64,000 nucleotides of DNA from Candidatus Binatus sp. (GCA_035602755.1 DATNLR010000127.1:19719-83718), one strand, 5' to 3'; counted from the first letter of the stretch, positions 48,866-58,069 are shown. Notes: a model not told the origin generated them from the sequence alone. Made by a program: numbers and translations.

Positions 48866-49374
48866 ACGACGCAGCAAATCCAATTCTGCGGCTCTATAAC
48901 GGCTTCGTACGAGTTGTTTCCAGCCTTCAATCACCGTTTTTGCTGGTGGTTCGGGTGTATTGGGGCTGGCAAATCTCGCAAAATGGATGGGGCAAACTTC
49001 ACAACTTGCAGCATGTGACGCAATTCTTTGCGAGTCTTGGGCTGCCAGCGCCGGGATTTACGGCGGCGTTTGTCTCCAGTTTTGAGTTCACGGCTGGAAT
49101 TTTGCTGGCCGTGGGATTGTTGTCGAGAATTGCCGCGTTGGGCCTGGTAATTGATATGACCATGGCGTATTTGACCTCGGATCGAGATTCTTTTTTCGCA
49201 TTTTTTTCAAACCCGGGGAAATTTTACGGCGCCGATCCATTTATTTTTCTGTTCGTGGGCCTGCTCCTATTGATTTTCGGGCCGGGCAAAATCTCTCTCG
49301 ATGCGCTCCTGAAGCGAATGATGGGAAAAGGCAAATATTCAGACTCCGCAGAGACCAGCTCCTCCGCGGCTTGA
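48862..49374 (+). CDS. DoxX-family membrane protein
   Basis: ATGA overlap with the DUF2063 gene. Four TM helices with the DoxX-like blocks LLVVRVYWGWQISQNGWGKL and FEFTAGILLAVGLLSRIAALGL. Confidence 0.8.
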   Translation: MNDAANPILRLYNGFVRVVSSLQSPFLLVVRVYWGWQISQNGWGKLHNLQHVTQFFASLGLPAPGFTAAFVSSFEFTAGILLAVGLLSRIAALGLVIDMTMAYLTSDRDSFFAFFSNPGKFYGADPFIFLFVGLLLLIFGPGKISLDALLKRMMGKGKYSDSAETSSSAA

Positions 49375-49425
49375 TGCTCGCCAAAAAAGTTAGCGGTTTG
49401 GGCGAGGGAGGCAGGCCTGGCAGGC

Positions 49426-50433
49426 ATGAAATCAAAAAAGCTTCGAGGCGCGTTTCTAGGTTCGGCAGTATTCTGCTTGTTCGCGGTAATTTCGGCGGGT
49501 TCCTTTCGAACTGACCAAATGACGTCGACCATCGTTATTGGAAATTCACGAATTGATGTGGCGGTGGAGAAGGGAACGCTGCAGGTATCGAAGGACGATT
49601 TGCTGAAGTGGGTGCAGTGGGCTGCGGAGTCCGTTAGCACCTATTACGGGCGTTTTCCGCTCCCTCATGTTTTGCTGCGCATCATCCCGACGGATGGAAA
49701 AGGTGTGCGCAACGGCCGCACGTTCGGAGAAAGAGGCGGATTCATCACCATTCACGTGGGGGCAAATTCCACCTTCGAAGATCTCGCAAATGATTGGATG
49801 CTCACGCACGAAATGGTTCACCTGGCATTTCCGTCGGTCGCCGACGAGCATCACTGGATCGAAGAGGGCATTGCAACCTACGTGGAACCGATCGCGCGCG
49901 TGCGAGCAAAACATCTGGACGCCACACAGATGTGGAGAGAGCTGATTCGCGACTTGCATCAGGGTCTTCCCGCGGCCGGAGATCGAGGGCTCGACAACAC
50001 TCATACCTGGGGGCGCACCTATTGGGGCGGTGCACTCTACTGTTTTCTCGCCGATATTGATATCCACCGGCAAACTCAAAACAAGAAAGGGCTAGACGAT
50101 GCGCTGCGGGGCATCCTGAACGCGGGAGGCGACATTCGCCAGGACTGGGAGCTTAGCAAGGCTCTCGATATCGGAGATCAAGCAGTTGGCGTGAAAGTTT
50201 TGCGGCCACTCTACGACAAGATGAAAGATCAGCCATACGATGTGGACCTTCCTGCGATATGGAAACAATTAGGCATCGAGCTCGAAGGCGGGAGAATTCA
50301 TTTTGTGGATGACGCGCCCCTTTCAAAGACGCGCGAAGCGATTACCTATGGATCGGTTGCGGCCGGATCCAACCCTGTTTCCGCCCTGAGTGTCGTTGTG
50401 GGAGATAGGGCCATGAATTTCCCGCAGCGCTAA
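49426..50433 (+). CDS. Secreted putative zinc metallopeptidase (HExxH, gluzincin-like)
   Basis: Signal peptide MKSKKLRGAFLGSAVFCLFAVISAGS. The HEMVH motif is at nt 49807-49821, followed by ...EHHWIEEGIATYVEP. It starts 51 nt downstream of the DoxX gene on the same strand. The family is not firmly recognised. Confidence 0.55.
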   Translation: MKSKKLRGAFLGSAVFCLFAVISAGSFRTDQMTSTIVIGNSRIDVAVEKGTLQVSKDDLLKWVQWAAESVSTYYGRFPLPHVLLRIIPTDGKGVRNGRTFGERGGFITIHVGANSTFEDLANDWMLTHEMVHLAFPSVADEHHWIEEGIATYVEPIARVRAKHLDATQMWRELIRDLHQGLPAAGDRGLDNTHTWGRTYWGGALYCFLADIDIHRQTQNKKGLDDALRGILNAGGDIRQDWELSKALDIGDQAVGVKVLRPLYDKMKDQPYDVDLPAIWKQLGIELEGGRIHFVDDAPLSKTREAITYGSVAAGSNPVSALSVVVGDRAMNFPQR

Positions 50434-50501
50434 CGAAGACGCGGCCGAAACCTTCAGAATTATAGATTGCTCGACCGCGCCAAGAAACCGAAAACAGCTT
50501 T

Positions 50502-52865
50502 TCACTTCGTTTTCATCACATACACCCCATCCCAATCGGCCTGCGGGGCTTCCTCTATGAATTCCTCGGCGCGTTCCAGGAAGGCCTGGGTCGGACCGTC
50601 GTCCGGATAGATGGTGAGAATTTGAGCGAATCTGTCAGCGGCTTCCTGCCAATCCTGGTTGCGGTATGCGGCCATGGCGTGATCGAATTGTTGCAGTAAC
50701 GCTTCGTATTGGGGTCTTTCCGCCGCCACATCGAGCAATTCGTAAATATTTACAGGCTGGTTTTTTCCCTTCACTTTTATCTTGTCCAGTTCGCGGCAGA
50801 CAAATTGGGAGGCAATCTCGCGGTAGGTCGCCTCGCTGATAACCAGCTTGGAGTGATACTGCTTGGTGATCCCTTCCAGGCGCGATGCAAGGTTTACGTT
50901 GTCGCCCATCACCGTCCATGCAAGACGCCGGTCCGAGCCCATATTCCCCACGTTGACGAGCCCGGTATTTAATCCAATTCCCACCGCAATCGGCGGACGT
51001 CCCTCGTTCCGCCATTTCAAATTCAATTTTTCCAGGCCTCGCACCATCTCCAGAGCGCAACTACAACTGCGGAAGGCGTGGTCTAGCTGGGGATAAGGCG
51101 ATCCCCAGAAAGCCATGATGGCGTCACCAATGTATTTGTCCAGCGTGCCCTGATAAGAAAAAATAATTTCGGTCATGGCGCCGAAGTATTCATTCAACAA
51201 GTGTACGAGGTCGTCCGGCGATAGTCCTTCCGACAGCGTTGTAAAACTGCGGATATCGCTGAACATGATGGTCAGCTCTTTCATCTCGCCGCCAGGCCGA
51301 ATGTACTTTTCCGGATCTTTCTCGATTAACTCGATCACCCCTGGCGACAAATACTGCGAGAAACTCTTTCGGATTTGCCGTTTGGCGCGCTCCTCGCGGA
51401 TCATTCGAAAACTAGTGATGGCTGCATAGTTGGCTGCCAGGGTGCCGGCAGGAATGACAAAACTGAGCCACCTTCCGTGGCTGGCGAAACTGAAATAGAC
51501 GAAGCACGCGAATGCCACCAGGGTGACGATCACCGTGATGGTGGAATAGAGCGGCGCGATACGGCTGAATACGAACCCGAAAACGAGACCAAAGATTAGA
51601 ATAAAAGCTAGGTCCACTATTTCTTCGTCTGTTCCGCGGCTTAGAAATCCGCGGCCTTTTTCTCCGCTATGCAACAGATTGTCGATGATGTTTGCATGCA
51701 CCTCCACGCCCATGTAGCCGGTGTCCTGCCAGGGAGTATTACGAACGTCACCGGTGGCCAGCGCTGTCGCGCCGACGAGTACGATCTTGTCACGGAAGGC
51801 CTCCGGTGGAGTGCTTCCTCGAATAACATCGGCCATGGAATAGTGCGGGTAGGTATTGTAGGGGCCGGTGTAATTGATCAGAGCGGTGCCGTTGCGCGAG
51901 GGCCGCAAAACATGTTCGCCGAGTTGAATTCGCTCCAAGCCATCTTCGGCGATATAGGCCACGATCTGCTGGTCGGGAATTTTTTCGTATTCGCGAATCA
52001 CTTGCATGGGCAGCGAAGGAAAGAAATCCTTGTCCTGGTAGCGGATCATCAACAGAGCACGCCGCAGAGTGCCGTCTGCGTCGGGATTAATATTTAGAAA
52101 ACCGTAGGACGCCGCTGATTCAGCAATCTTGCTGATGTTGGCTTCTACACCGGCGGCCACTGTTCCACCGTTTTGGATCCACGCGCTGCCCAGGTCAAAA
52201 GCTTTCCCGTTTTTCGACTTGACCGGCACAACTTGCGGAAAGGTTTGAGCCCATACGATGTTGAAATACTCCTCCGCTGATTTCGTTTCAGCAGATTTTG
52301 CTCGTTCCGGACTGAGAAATAGGTGGCCCAGGATTACGTCGCCGCCCTCCTTCAGTGCGGTTGCAAAATGGGCGTCCTGATCGGTAGAGACTTCCAGTTC
52401 TTTTACCTGCCTCAGGACATTTGGCGAGATGGACGCGCCGAGATTTTTCTGCAATTGCTCGAGTGTTTGCGGCCCCGAATTGCTTTCCGGAGTGGGGAAC
52501 GATTCGTCAAACGCGATGATGCGCGCTCCGCCGGCATTTAGCCGTTCAACCAAAGCTGCATAGTTGCTTCGTGGAAGAGGAAAGGAATTGATTGTTTGGA
52601 GTGTTCTCTCGTCCATACCGACAATGACGATTCGCGGGTCATGCGGGCGCGCTCCGCGCAGACTGAACCTGGTATCCAGCGAGCTTTGTTCAATATTCTG
52701 GAGGAAAACAAAGCCTGCGCGATTGTCACCATTAATTCCAGAGAAAACAAAGAGCGTAAGTCCGCTCAGCGTAACCAGGAGGGCCAAGGCGATATCGATA
52801 CGAACGAAGGGGAACTCTCTGAGTCGCGCCGCCCAGCGAGACCCGTGCTCTTCCTGAGGTGTCAT
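50502..52865 (-). CDS. CHASE2 sensor - class III adenylate/guanylate cyclase with C-terminal TPR-like tail
   Basis: N-terminal TM, a ~350-aa periplasmic CHASE2-like region (IVIVGMDERTL, IAFDESF, VLVGATA) and three TM helices. The cyclase domain carries TIMFSDIRSFTTLSE, GDAIMAFWG, GIGLNTG.V.VGNMGS and NLASRLEG. Confidence 0.85.
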   Translation of the reverse strand: MTPQEEHGSRWAARLREFPFVRIDIALALLVTLSGLTLFVFSGINGDNRAGFVFLQNIEQSSLDTRFSLRGARPHDPRIVIVGMDERTLQTINSFPLPRSNYAALVERLNAGGARIIAFDESFPTPESNSGPQTLEQLQKNLGASISPNVLRQVKELEVSTDQDAHFATALKEGGDVILGHLFLSPERAKSAETKSAEEYFNIVWAQTFPQVVPVKSKNGKAFDLGSAWIQNGGTVAAGVEANISKIAESAASYGFLNINPDADGTLRRALLMIRYQDKDFFPSLPMQVIREYEKIPDQQIVAYIAEDGLERIQLGEHVLRPSRNGTALINYTGPYNTYPHYSMADVIRGSTPPEAFRDKIVLVGATALATGDVRNTPWQDTGYMGVEVHANIIDNLLHSGEKGRGFLSRGTDEEIVDLAFILIFGLVFGFVFSRIAPLYSTITVIVTLVAFACFVYFSFASHGRWLSFVIPAGTLAANYAAITSFRMIREERAKRQIRKSFSQYLSPGVIELIEKDPEKYIRPGGEMKELTIMFSDIRSFTTLSEGLSPDDLVHLLNEYFGAMTEIIFSYQGTLDKYIGDAIMAFWGSPYPQLDHAFRSCSCALEMVRGLEKLNLKWRNEGRPPIAVGIGLNTGLVNVGNMGSDRRLAWTVMGDNVNLASRLEGITKQYHSKLVISEATYREIASQFVCRELDKIKVKGKNQPVNIYELLDVAAERPQYEALLQQFDHAMAAYRNQDWQEAADRFAQILTIYPDDGPTQAFLERAEEFIEEAPQADWDGVYVMKTK

Positions 52866-52932
52866 AAATATCGCGACAGCAGATACCGTTCGCGGCTTTT
52901 ACCGCTTCCGTTTGATTTTCACGGCCTGTGGT

Positions 52933-53736
52933 CTATCGAGTCTTGGCCGGATTGCCGTTCTGAGTTCCGCTGGTGCCGACACCGATACCCACACTTAGAC
53001 CCACGGCGATAGCCGTGCCGATAATCACATTGCGCAGAACATGATTTTTGCCAACGTGAGTTGGAGGAGGCCCGTTCTCGGGAACATCCGTGGACAATTG
53101 GCTGCTCTGCACCACGGCTACGGGAGTTTGTGACGTTTGAAAACCGCCGGGAGGAATTACGGAGACGATTTCGACCATTTCGCCGGCGCTGACTACCATC
53201 GAATTTCCGCTCGAACTTGTTTGTCCCGAATTGTTCTGCGCCTGCGCGTTACCGATTGGAGTGACCGATACTTTTCCCTGGTAACAAATGACGGTGGTCT
53301 TGTTGGAAGCGTAGGCCACATAGAAGTCGGTACCGATCACGCCGATCACCGCATTAGGCGTAGTGACCTGGAATTTGCCTGCGGGCTGCGTGATCTTTAC
53401 TACCTGGCTTCGCACTTTCCCGAAATTCATCTCGAGCGAAGTTTGTTGGGAAGCGCCGTCGTGCTGCACGATGCGAAGTTCGCTGTCGGAGCCCAAACTC
53501 AGAATGGAGCCATCATCCAATCCAGCGCGTACGCGGCCCGAATGCGTAGTCTTCAACACGTCATTCCATTGCAGGTCGTCTTTCACTTTCGCCGGCTGAG
53601 AATTGCGGGTAGCGGCCGGGATCATAGCGCTGATCTGTCCGGCGTGTTGCGCGCCGGTCTGTGGGCTGGCCAATACCGGTAGGGAACAGAGCAGCAAACA
53701 AAGCGGTCCCACCAAAATGCGTTTCAACAGATTCAT
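52933..53736 (-). CDS. FecR-domain secreted protein
   Basis: Signal peptide. FecR-like beta region GSILSLGSDSELRI...FQVTTPNAVIGVIGTDFYV. C-terminal hydrophobic anchor. It lies directly upstream of the CHASE2 cyclase on the same strand. Confidence 0.7.
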   Translation of the reverse strand: MNLLKRILVGPLCLLLCSLPVLASPQTGAQHAGQISAMIPAATRNSQPAKVKDDLQWNDVLKTTHSGRVRAGLDDGSILSLGSDSELRIVQHDGASQQTSLEMNFGKVRSQVVKITQPAGKFQVTTPNAVIGVIGTDFYVAYASNKTTVICYQGKVSVTPIGNAQAQNNSGQTSSSGNSMVVSAGEMVEIVSVIPPGGFQTSQTPVAVVQSSQLSTDVPENGPPPTHVGKNHVLRNVIIGTAIAVGLSVGIGVGTSGTQNGNPAKTR

Positions 53737-53919
53737 TAGTTTTTCCCTGTTCGAAGCGAATTCGTATGTTCAATCTTCGCATCGGACTTATGAAAGTCAA
53801 CGTGGGAACCTTCCGGATGTCGCTTATATGCTTACATCCGATACGCAACGTCCATCGCCGTTGTTTTTCCTAGCAGTGTGATTTGGATGCTGAGCTCGTG
53901 TTAGAGTCTGGTTCAGATC

Positions 53920-54405
53920 ATGTTGGCATATCTTTGCGGTCCAATCGAATTCGCCGAGGACGGTGGCCGACTCTGGCGGCACAAACTCGCGCCGTTCTTG
54001 AGGCAACTGGGCCACCGCGTTTACGATCCGGCAGAAGACGAATTGAAAAACCTTACCGCGGAAGAAGCCGCCCATTTTCGTGAATGGAAGACGAATGACC
54101 TGGAACGCTTCCGCCGAACGGTGCGCAAAATCATCGCCTTCGACCTGGACCTGATCGAAAACAAAGCAGATTACGTAATCTGCTTCTGGCCTTCGGCAAA
54201 CGCTCAAAGTGGAGGCACTCCAGCCGAACTAACGGTCGCTTATAGGAAAGGCATTCCAGTCTACCTGGTCACGCCGATTGCGCTGGAACAGGTAAGTGGG
54301 TGGATGCTTGCTTGCTCCGACCATTTATTCAAGTCCATAGAAGAATTAAAAGAATTTTTGGCGCTTAAGTTCTCGCGCGAAAAACAGACCCAACTTTGGA
54401 AATAG
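53920..54405 (+). CDS. Nucleoside 2-deoxyribosyltransferase-like (Rossmann-like) protein
   Basis: The N-terminal YLCGPIE motif and later ADYVICFWP...SGGTPAELTVAYRKGIPVYLV resemble the NDT/DUF4406-type fold. The family call is tentative. Confidence 0.4.
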   Translation: MLAYLCGPIEFAEDGGRLWRHKLAPFLRQLGHRVYDPAEDELKNLTAEEAAHFREWKTNDLERFRRTVRKIIAFDLDLIENKADYVICFWPSANAQSGGTPAELTVAYRKGIPVYLVTPIALEQVSGWMLACSDHLFKSIEELKEFLALKFSREKQTQLWK

Positions 54406-54548
54406 GTTCTGGCCGTTTCTTCAGAGCTCCGGCGCCCCGCTACTGTCCTCCAACCCATGCGTGGAAATATATTCGCCTAAGAATTCCGCGTCATCCAGGG
54501 AGAGAACTTCTCGCCGCTAAATCCTTATGCTGATAGAATCCGCGCCGG

Positions 54549-55151
54549 ATGGAAAAAATTATCATCGCCGTGGGCAGCGCGCGTCTTGTGAAGATGAATG
54601 CGGTGTCCGCGGCGCTGCGGTCCTTCGGCTCCTTCTTGAATGCCAGTGCGGAATTTGAAATTGAAGGGATCGATGTTCCGAGCGGCGTCCGCCATACTCC
54701 TCTGACGCGGGAAGACACCATGACTGGCGCGCGTCAGCGAGCGGAAGCCCTGCTGAACCTGGCGCGAGGGAAAAATGCGTCCTGGGAATACTTGGTAGGC
54801 CTGGAAGGCGGGCTTGACGTCGTTGGCGACAGTTCCGATCGATTAGTCTTTCTTGAGAATTGGGCCTATGTAGCAGATCGCAGCGGGCTAGGATTTTTCG
54901 GACAATCCGGAGCCGTGCCGCTGCCGGATGCGCTGGTTAGGTCGGTGGTGGATCAAGGTGTGGAATTATCGGTGGCCATCGATGCGTTTGCTGGCAGCCA
55001 TGGAGTACGTGACGCGCAAGGAGCGTGGGGAATCCTGACGCACAACCTGATCACACGCCAAGACGCTTTTCAGGCTGCGGTCATCAATGCCTTCGCACCG
55101 TTCTTTAATAGCGAGATATATTCGCAGCACTTCAAGCGCAGCAGGGGGTAG
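54549..55151 (+). CDS. yjjX: Inosine/xanthosine triphosphatase (DUF84/YjjX-like non-canonical purine NTP phosphatase)
   Basis: Blocks IIIAVGSARLVKMNAV, PSGVRHTPLTREDTMTGARQRA and VGLEGG. The length is about 200 aa. Confidence 0.65.
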   Translation: MEKIIIAVGSARLVKMNAVSAALRSFGSFLNASAEFEIEGIDVPSGVRHTPLTREDTMTGARQRAEALLNLARGKNASWEYLVGLEGGLDVVGDSSDRLVFLENWAYVADRSGLGFFGQSGAVPLPDALVRSVVDQGVELSVAIDAFAGSHGVRDAQGAWGILTHNLITRQDAFQAAVINAFAPFFNSEIYSQHFKRSRG

Positions 55152-55252
55152 CGTGGCGTGTAGTTCGCCACGACGAGATTCCCGTGCTAGCTGGATTCAG
55201 CGCGCTCAATTTACACCCGTGTATGTGCTAGCCTAAAGTCAGGAGAGCAAGC

Positions 55253-55876
55253 GTGGACATTGTAAAAGGGAACATGGGCTGGATCGAAGTTGTCGTGGGA
55301 CCAATGTTCTCCGGCAAAAGCGAAGAGCTGATTCGGCGTTTGCGGCGTGCGGAGATTGCGAAACAGCGCGTTCAGATTTTTAAGCCGGTCATCGACCAAC
55401 GCTACGCGAAGAACGGAATCGTCAGCCATTCCGGCCTGGAACTGGATTCAGAACTGGTGAAAACGGGCGAAGAGATTCTCACCAAGGTTGTGCCGCGCAC
55501 CGAAGTGGTGGGAGTTGACGAAGCACAATTCCTGGGCGAGAGCGTGGTGGAAAGTTGCGTGAAACTCGCCGATCTGGGCAAACGAGTGATCGTGGCAGGT
55601 CTGGACACCGATTTTATGGGACGTCCATTCGAGCCCATGCCGCGCCTCCTGGCGGTAGCCGAAGAAATCACCAAGCTGCTGGCCATTTGTATGCGCTGCG
55701 GCAATCCTGCTGTGCATACGCAGCGGCTGGTTGCTTCTGAAGAGTTGATCGTGGTTGGCGCGGGCGGAATGTATGAAGCGCGCTGCCGCCGCTGCTTCGA
55801 ACCGCTTTTGGCAGCGCAGAAAATAGAAGAAGAAAAAGGTCCCGCTCCGCCGAAAGTTCGCGCTGCGATCAGCTAG
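55253..55876 (+). CDS. tdk: Thymidine kinase
   Basis: P-loop GPMFSGKSEELIRR, VVGVDEAQF, VAGLDTDFMGRPF and zinc ribbon CMRCG...CRRC. The GTG start has AGGAG 7 nt upstream; the ATG at 55274 is an alternative. Confidence 0.9.
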   Translation: MDIVKGNMGWIEVVVGPMFSGKSEELIRRLRRAEIAKQRVQIFKPVIDQRYAKNGIVSHSGLELDSELVKTGEEILTKVVPRTEVVGVDEAQFLGESVVESCVKLADLGKRVIVAGLDTDFMGRPFEPMPRLLAVAEEITKLLAICMRCGNPAVHTQRLVASEELIVVGAGGMYEARCRRCFEPLLAAQKIEEEKGPAPPKVRAAIS

Positions 55877-56960
55877 GTTTTCCAAGTTTTTTCGCGAGCT
55901 GCGAACGTATTTCCTCCGCGATTGCCCGGTGTTGCTTACCTCCCACGACTTCGAGCGCAGGCGGAGTTTGGTCTGCTAACTTCGATCTTTGCCGCAAGCG
56001 CTCGATTCGTTTATGGCTCGCCTGCCATTCTGCGTCTTCAAATTCCCCTCGACTGCGCGCCAAGCACAGACGTTCGAGCAAAGGTTTCACTAGTTTCCAA
56101 TCGTGGCAGAGCAGCGCCATGTCACTGCCCGCTTGAAAAGTCAGTACTGCGGATTCCGCCGGCGTCCGGGTGTTCGCTATTGCTCCCATGGCTAAATCGT
56201 CAGCCAGAATCACTCCGTCGAATTTGGCGCCACGCAAAATACCGTTCAGCAACTTGCGTGACAAGCTTGCCGGAAACTCGGGATCAATTTCGGGAAGAAA
56301 AATGTGTGCGGTCATAATCATGGGGATCTTCGCGGATACAAGCGCCTCGAATGGGATGAGCTCGGCACTTTTCAGCCGCTTCAAGTCGCCGCGAAAAACC
56401 GCCGAGTCCAGGTGCGGATCGACGGTAGCGTCTCCATGGCCTGGAAAATGTTTCGCGCACGCCAGGACTCCTTCTTTGGCCAGCCCGCGCGCGAAAGCCA
56501 GGCCCAGGCGGGATACTTTCTCGGCCTCCGACCCGAAGCTGCGGACACGTGTTACCGGACTGTCCGGATGCATGTGCAAATCAAGCAGCGGTGCAAAATT
56601 CAAGTTACAACCTACGCTGTGCAACTCCCGTGCAAGCGCCCTGGCTTGCGTCTCGACCAGTTCTCCGTCGTCCAATTTTCCGAGATCTTCCGGCGACACC
56701 CACTGGGTGAAAGGTTCGGGCAGTGAAAATCGCGTGCCGCCCTCCTGATCGATTCCGATCAAGACCGCATGGCCTGCGGCACGTTTGATTTCACCTGTGA
56801 GCGCCCGCAATTCCGCGGGCCCGCTAAAATTTCTGGGGAAGAGAACCACGCCGCCCAGACCTTGGGCCAGAAGATCGCGCAATTCGCCCGTTATGTCACG
56901 GCCGTGGAAGCCTACAATTAATTTTTCGAGCACTTCGGCTGACACTTGCGCTGAAGTCAT
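55869..56960 (-). CDS. nagZ: Beta-N-acetylhexosaminidase (GH3, NagZ-like)
   Basis: Blocks GIDQEGG, NLNFAPLLD, KHFPGHGDATVDPH and VILADDLAMGAI. Confidence 0.85.
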   Translation of the reverse strand: MTSAQVSAEVLEKLIVGFHGRDITGELRDLLAQGLGGVVLFPRNFSGPAELRALTGEIKRAAGHAVLIGIDQEGGTRFSLPEPFTQWVSPEDLGKLDDGELVETQARALARELHSVGCNLNFAPLLDLHMHPDSPVTRVRSFGSEAEKVSRLGLAFARGLAKEGVLACAKHFPGHGDATVDPHLDSAVFRGDLKRLKSAELIPFEALVSAKIPMIMTAHIFLPEIDPEFPASLSRKLLNGILRGAKFDGVILADDLAMGAIANTRTPAESAVLTFQAGSDMALLCHDWKLVKPLLERLCLARSRGEFEDAEWQASHKRIERLRQRSKLADQTPPALEVVGGKQHRAIAEEIRSQLAKKLGKPS

Positions 56961-57058
56961 CGGCTCATCTGTTATGATGCGCGAGTTCTTTCGAACTCAT
57001 CGTGTTTCGTTTCATGGTCACCGCATTCAGAGTAGCCGCCAAGGAGTTTTCAAACAAG

Positions 57059-58069
57059 ATGCGTATTGAAGCGCGCGCTCCCACAAGAATTGATTTGGCT
57101 GGCGGCACGCTGGATATCTGGCCGCTATATTTATTTCATCAGCCCGCATTCACCTTAAATTGCGCGATCAACTTATACGCCTCCTGCACTCTGGAAACGC
57201 GCCGAAACAGTGAGTCCATCAGGCTGATTTCGCTCGATACAAATCAAAGCGAAGAATTTCCCTCCCTGCGCGCGCTGGCAGATTCCCGACCTTACCGCCT
57301 TCCTCTGCTGGCGCAATTTGCGAAACATTTTCGTTTCGCGCGAGGTTTGACGATTACCACAAATTCTCAGGCTCCGGCTGGCGCCGGTATTTCCGGGTCC
57401 AGTGCGTTGGCTGTCGCGCTTTCGGCTGCCTTTGACCGACTCACCAACTGGAGAGCAAGCCGCGTTGACTGGATCCACCTAAGTCGCGACATTGAATGCG
57501 TCGTTTTGGGTGTCACCACCGGGACGCAGGACCATTACCCGGCAGCCTTCGGCGGCGTTAGCCTGATTTCATACGGCCTCGGCGGCGAAAATCGCTCGGA
57601 GCTTGGCGCGGACGTTGACGAACTCGAAAAGCGATTGGTGGTCTGTTACACCGGCAAGCCGCGCCGGTCCGGGATCAACAATTGGAAAATCGTGAAAGCT
57701 CACATCGACGGCGACCGCCGGGTTTGGCGAAACCTCGAAGAAATTGCAAAGATCGCGCAAGAAATGCCCGCAAGCATCCGCGCCGGCAACTGGAAGGAAG
57801 CGGGGCGATTGTTGCGCGAGGAATGGAACTACCGCAGACGCAATCTGCCCACGATTTCGACGCCCACTATAGATCGTATCATTGCCCAAGCACGAAATGC
57901 CGGCGCGCTCGGCGGAAAAGTTTGCGGAGCCGGTGGTGGAGGTTGCGTCGCGCTGCTAATCGAGCCTGGCTCGCGGGCTCGCGTGGAAGAAGCCGCGACC
58001 TCAGCAGGTGGACAAGTGCTGCCTGTAGGAATCGACCGTCGCGGTGTGCGAGTACGGCTAGTACACTGA
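57059..58069 (+). CDS. GHMP-family sugar kinase (HddA/fucokinase-like)
   Basis: Blocks APTRIDLAGGTLDIWP, GHMP motif II SQAPAGAGISGSSALAVAL, and KVCGAGGGGCVALL. AAGGAG lies upstream of the ATG at 57059. The ORF extends to 57002. Confidence 0.75.
   Translation: MRIEARAPTRIDLAGGTLDIWPLYLFHQPAFTLNCAINLYASCTLETRRNSESIRLISLDTNQSEEFPSLRALADSRPYRLPLLAQFAKHFRFARGLTITTNSQAPAGAGISGSSALAVALSAAFDRLTNWRASRVDWIHLSRDIECVVLGVTTGTQDHYPAAFGGVSLISYGLGGENRSELGADVDELEKRLVVCYTGKPRRSGINNWKIVKAHIDGDRRVWRNLEEIAKIAQEMPASIRAGNWKEAGRLLREEWNYRRRNLPTISTPTIDRIIAQARNAGALGGKVCGAGGGGCVALLIEPGSRARVEEAATSAGGQVLPVGIDRRGVRVRLVH

Noticed and set aside
55869-55876. 8-nt convergent overlap of the tdk and nagZ 3' ends
   Set aside because: The overlap is real in the sequence, but small convergent overlaps are common in compact genomes. 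No functional implication could be supported.
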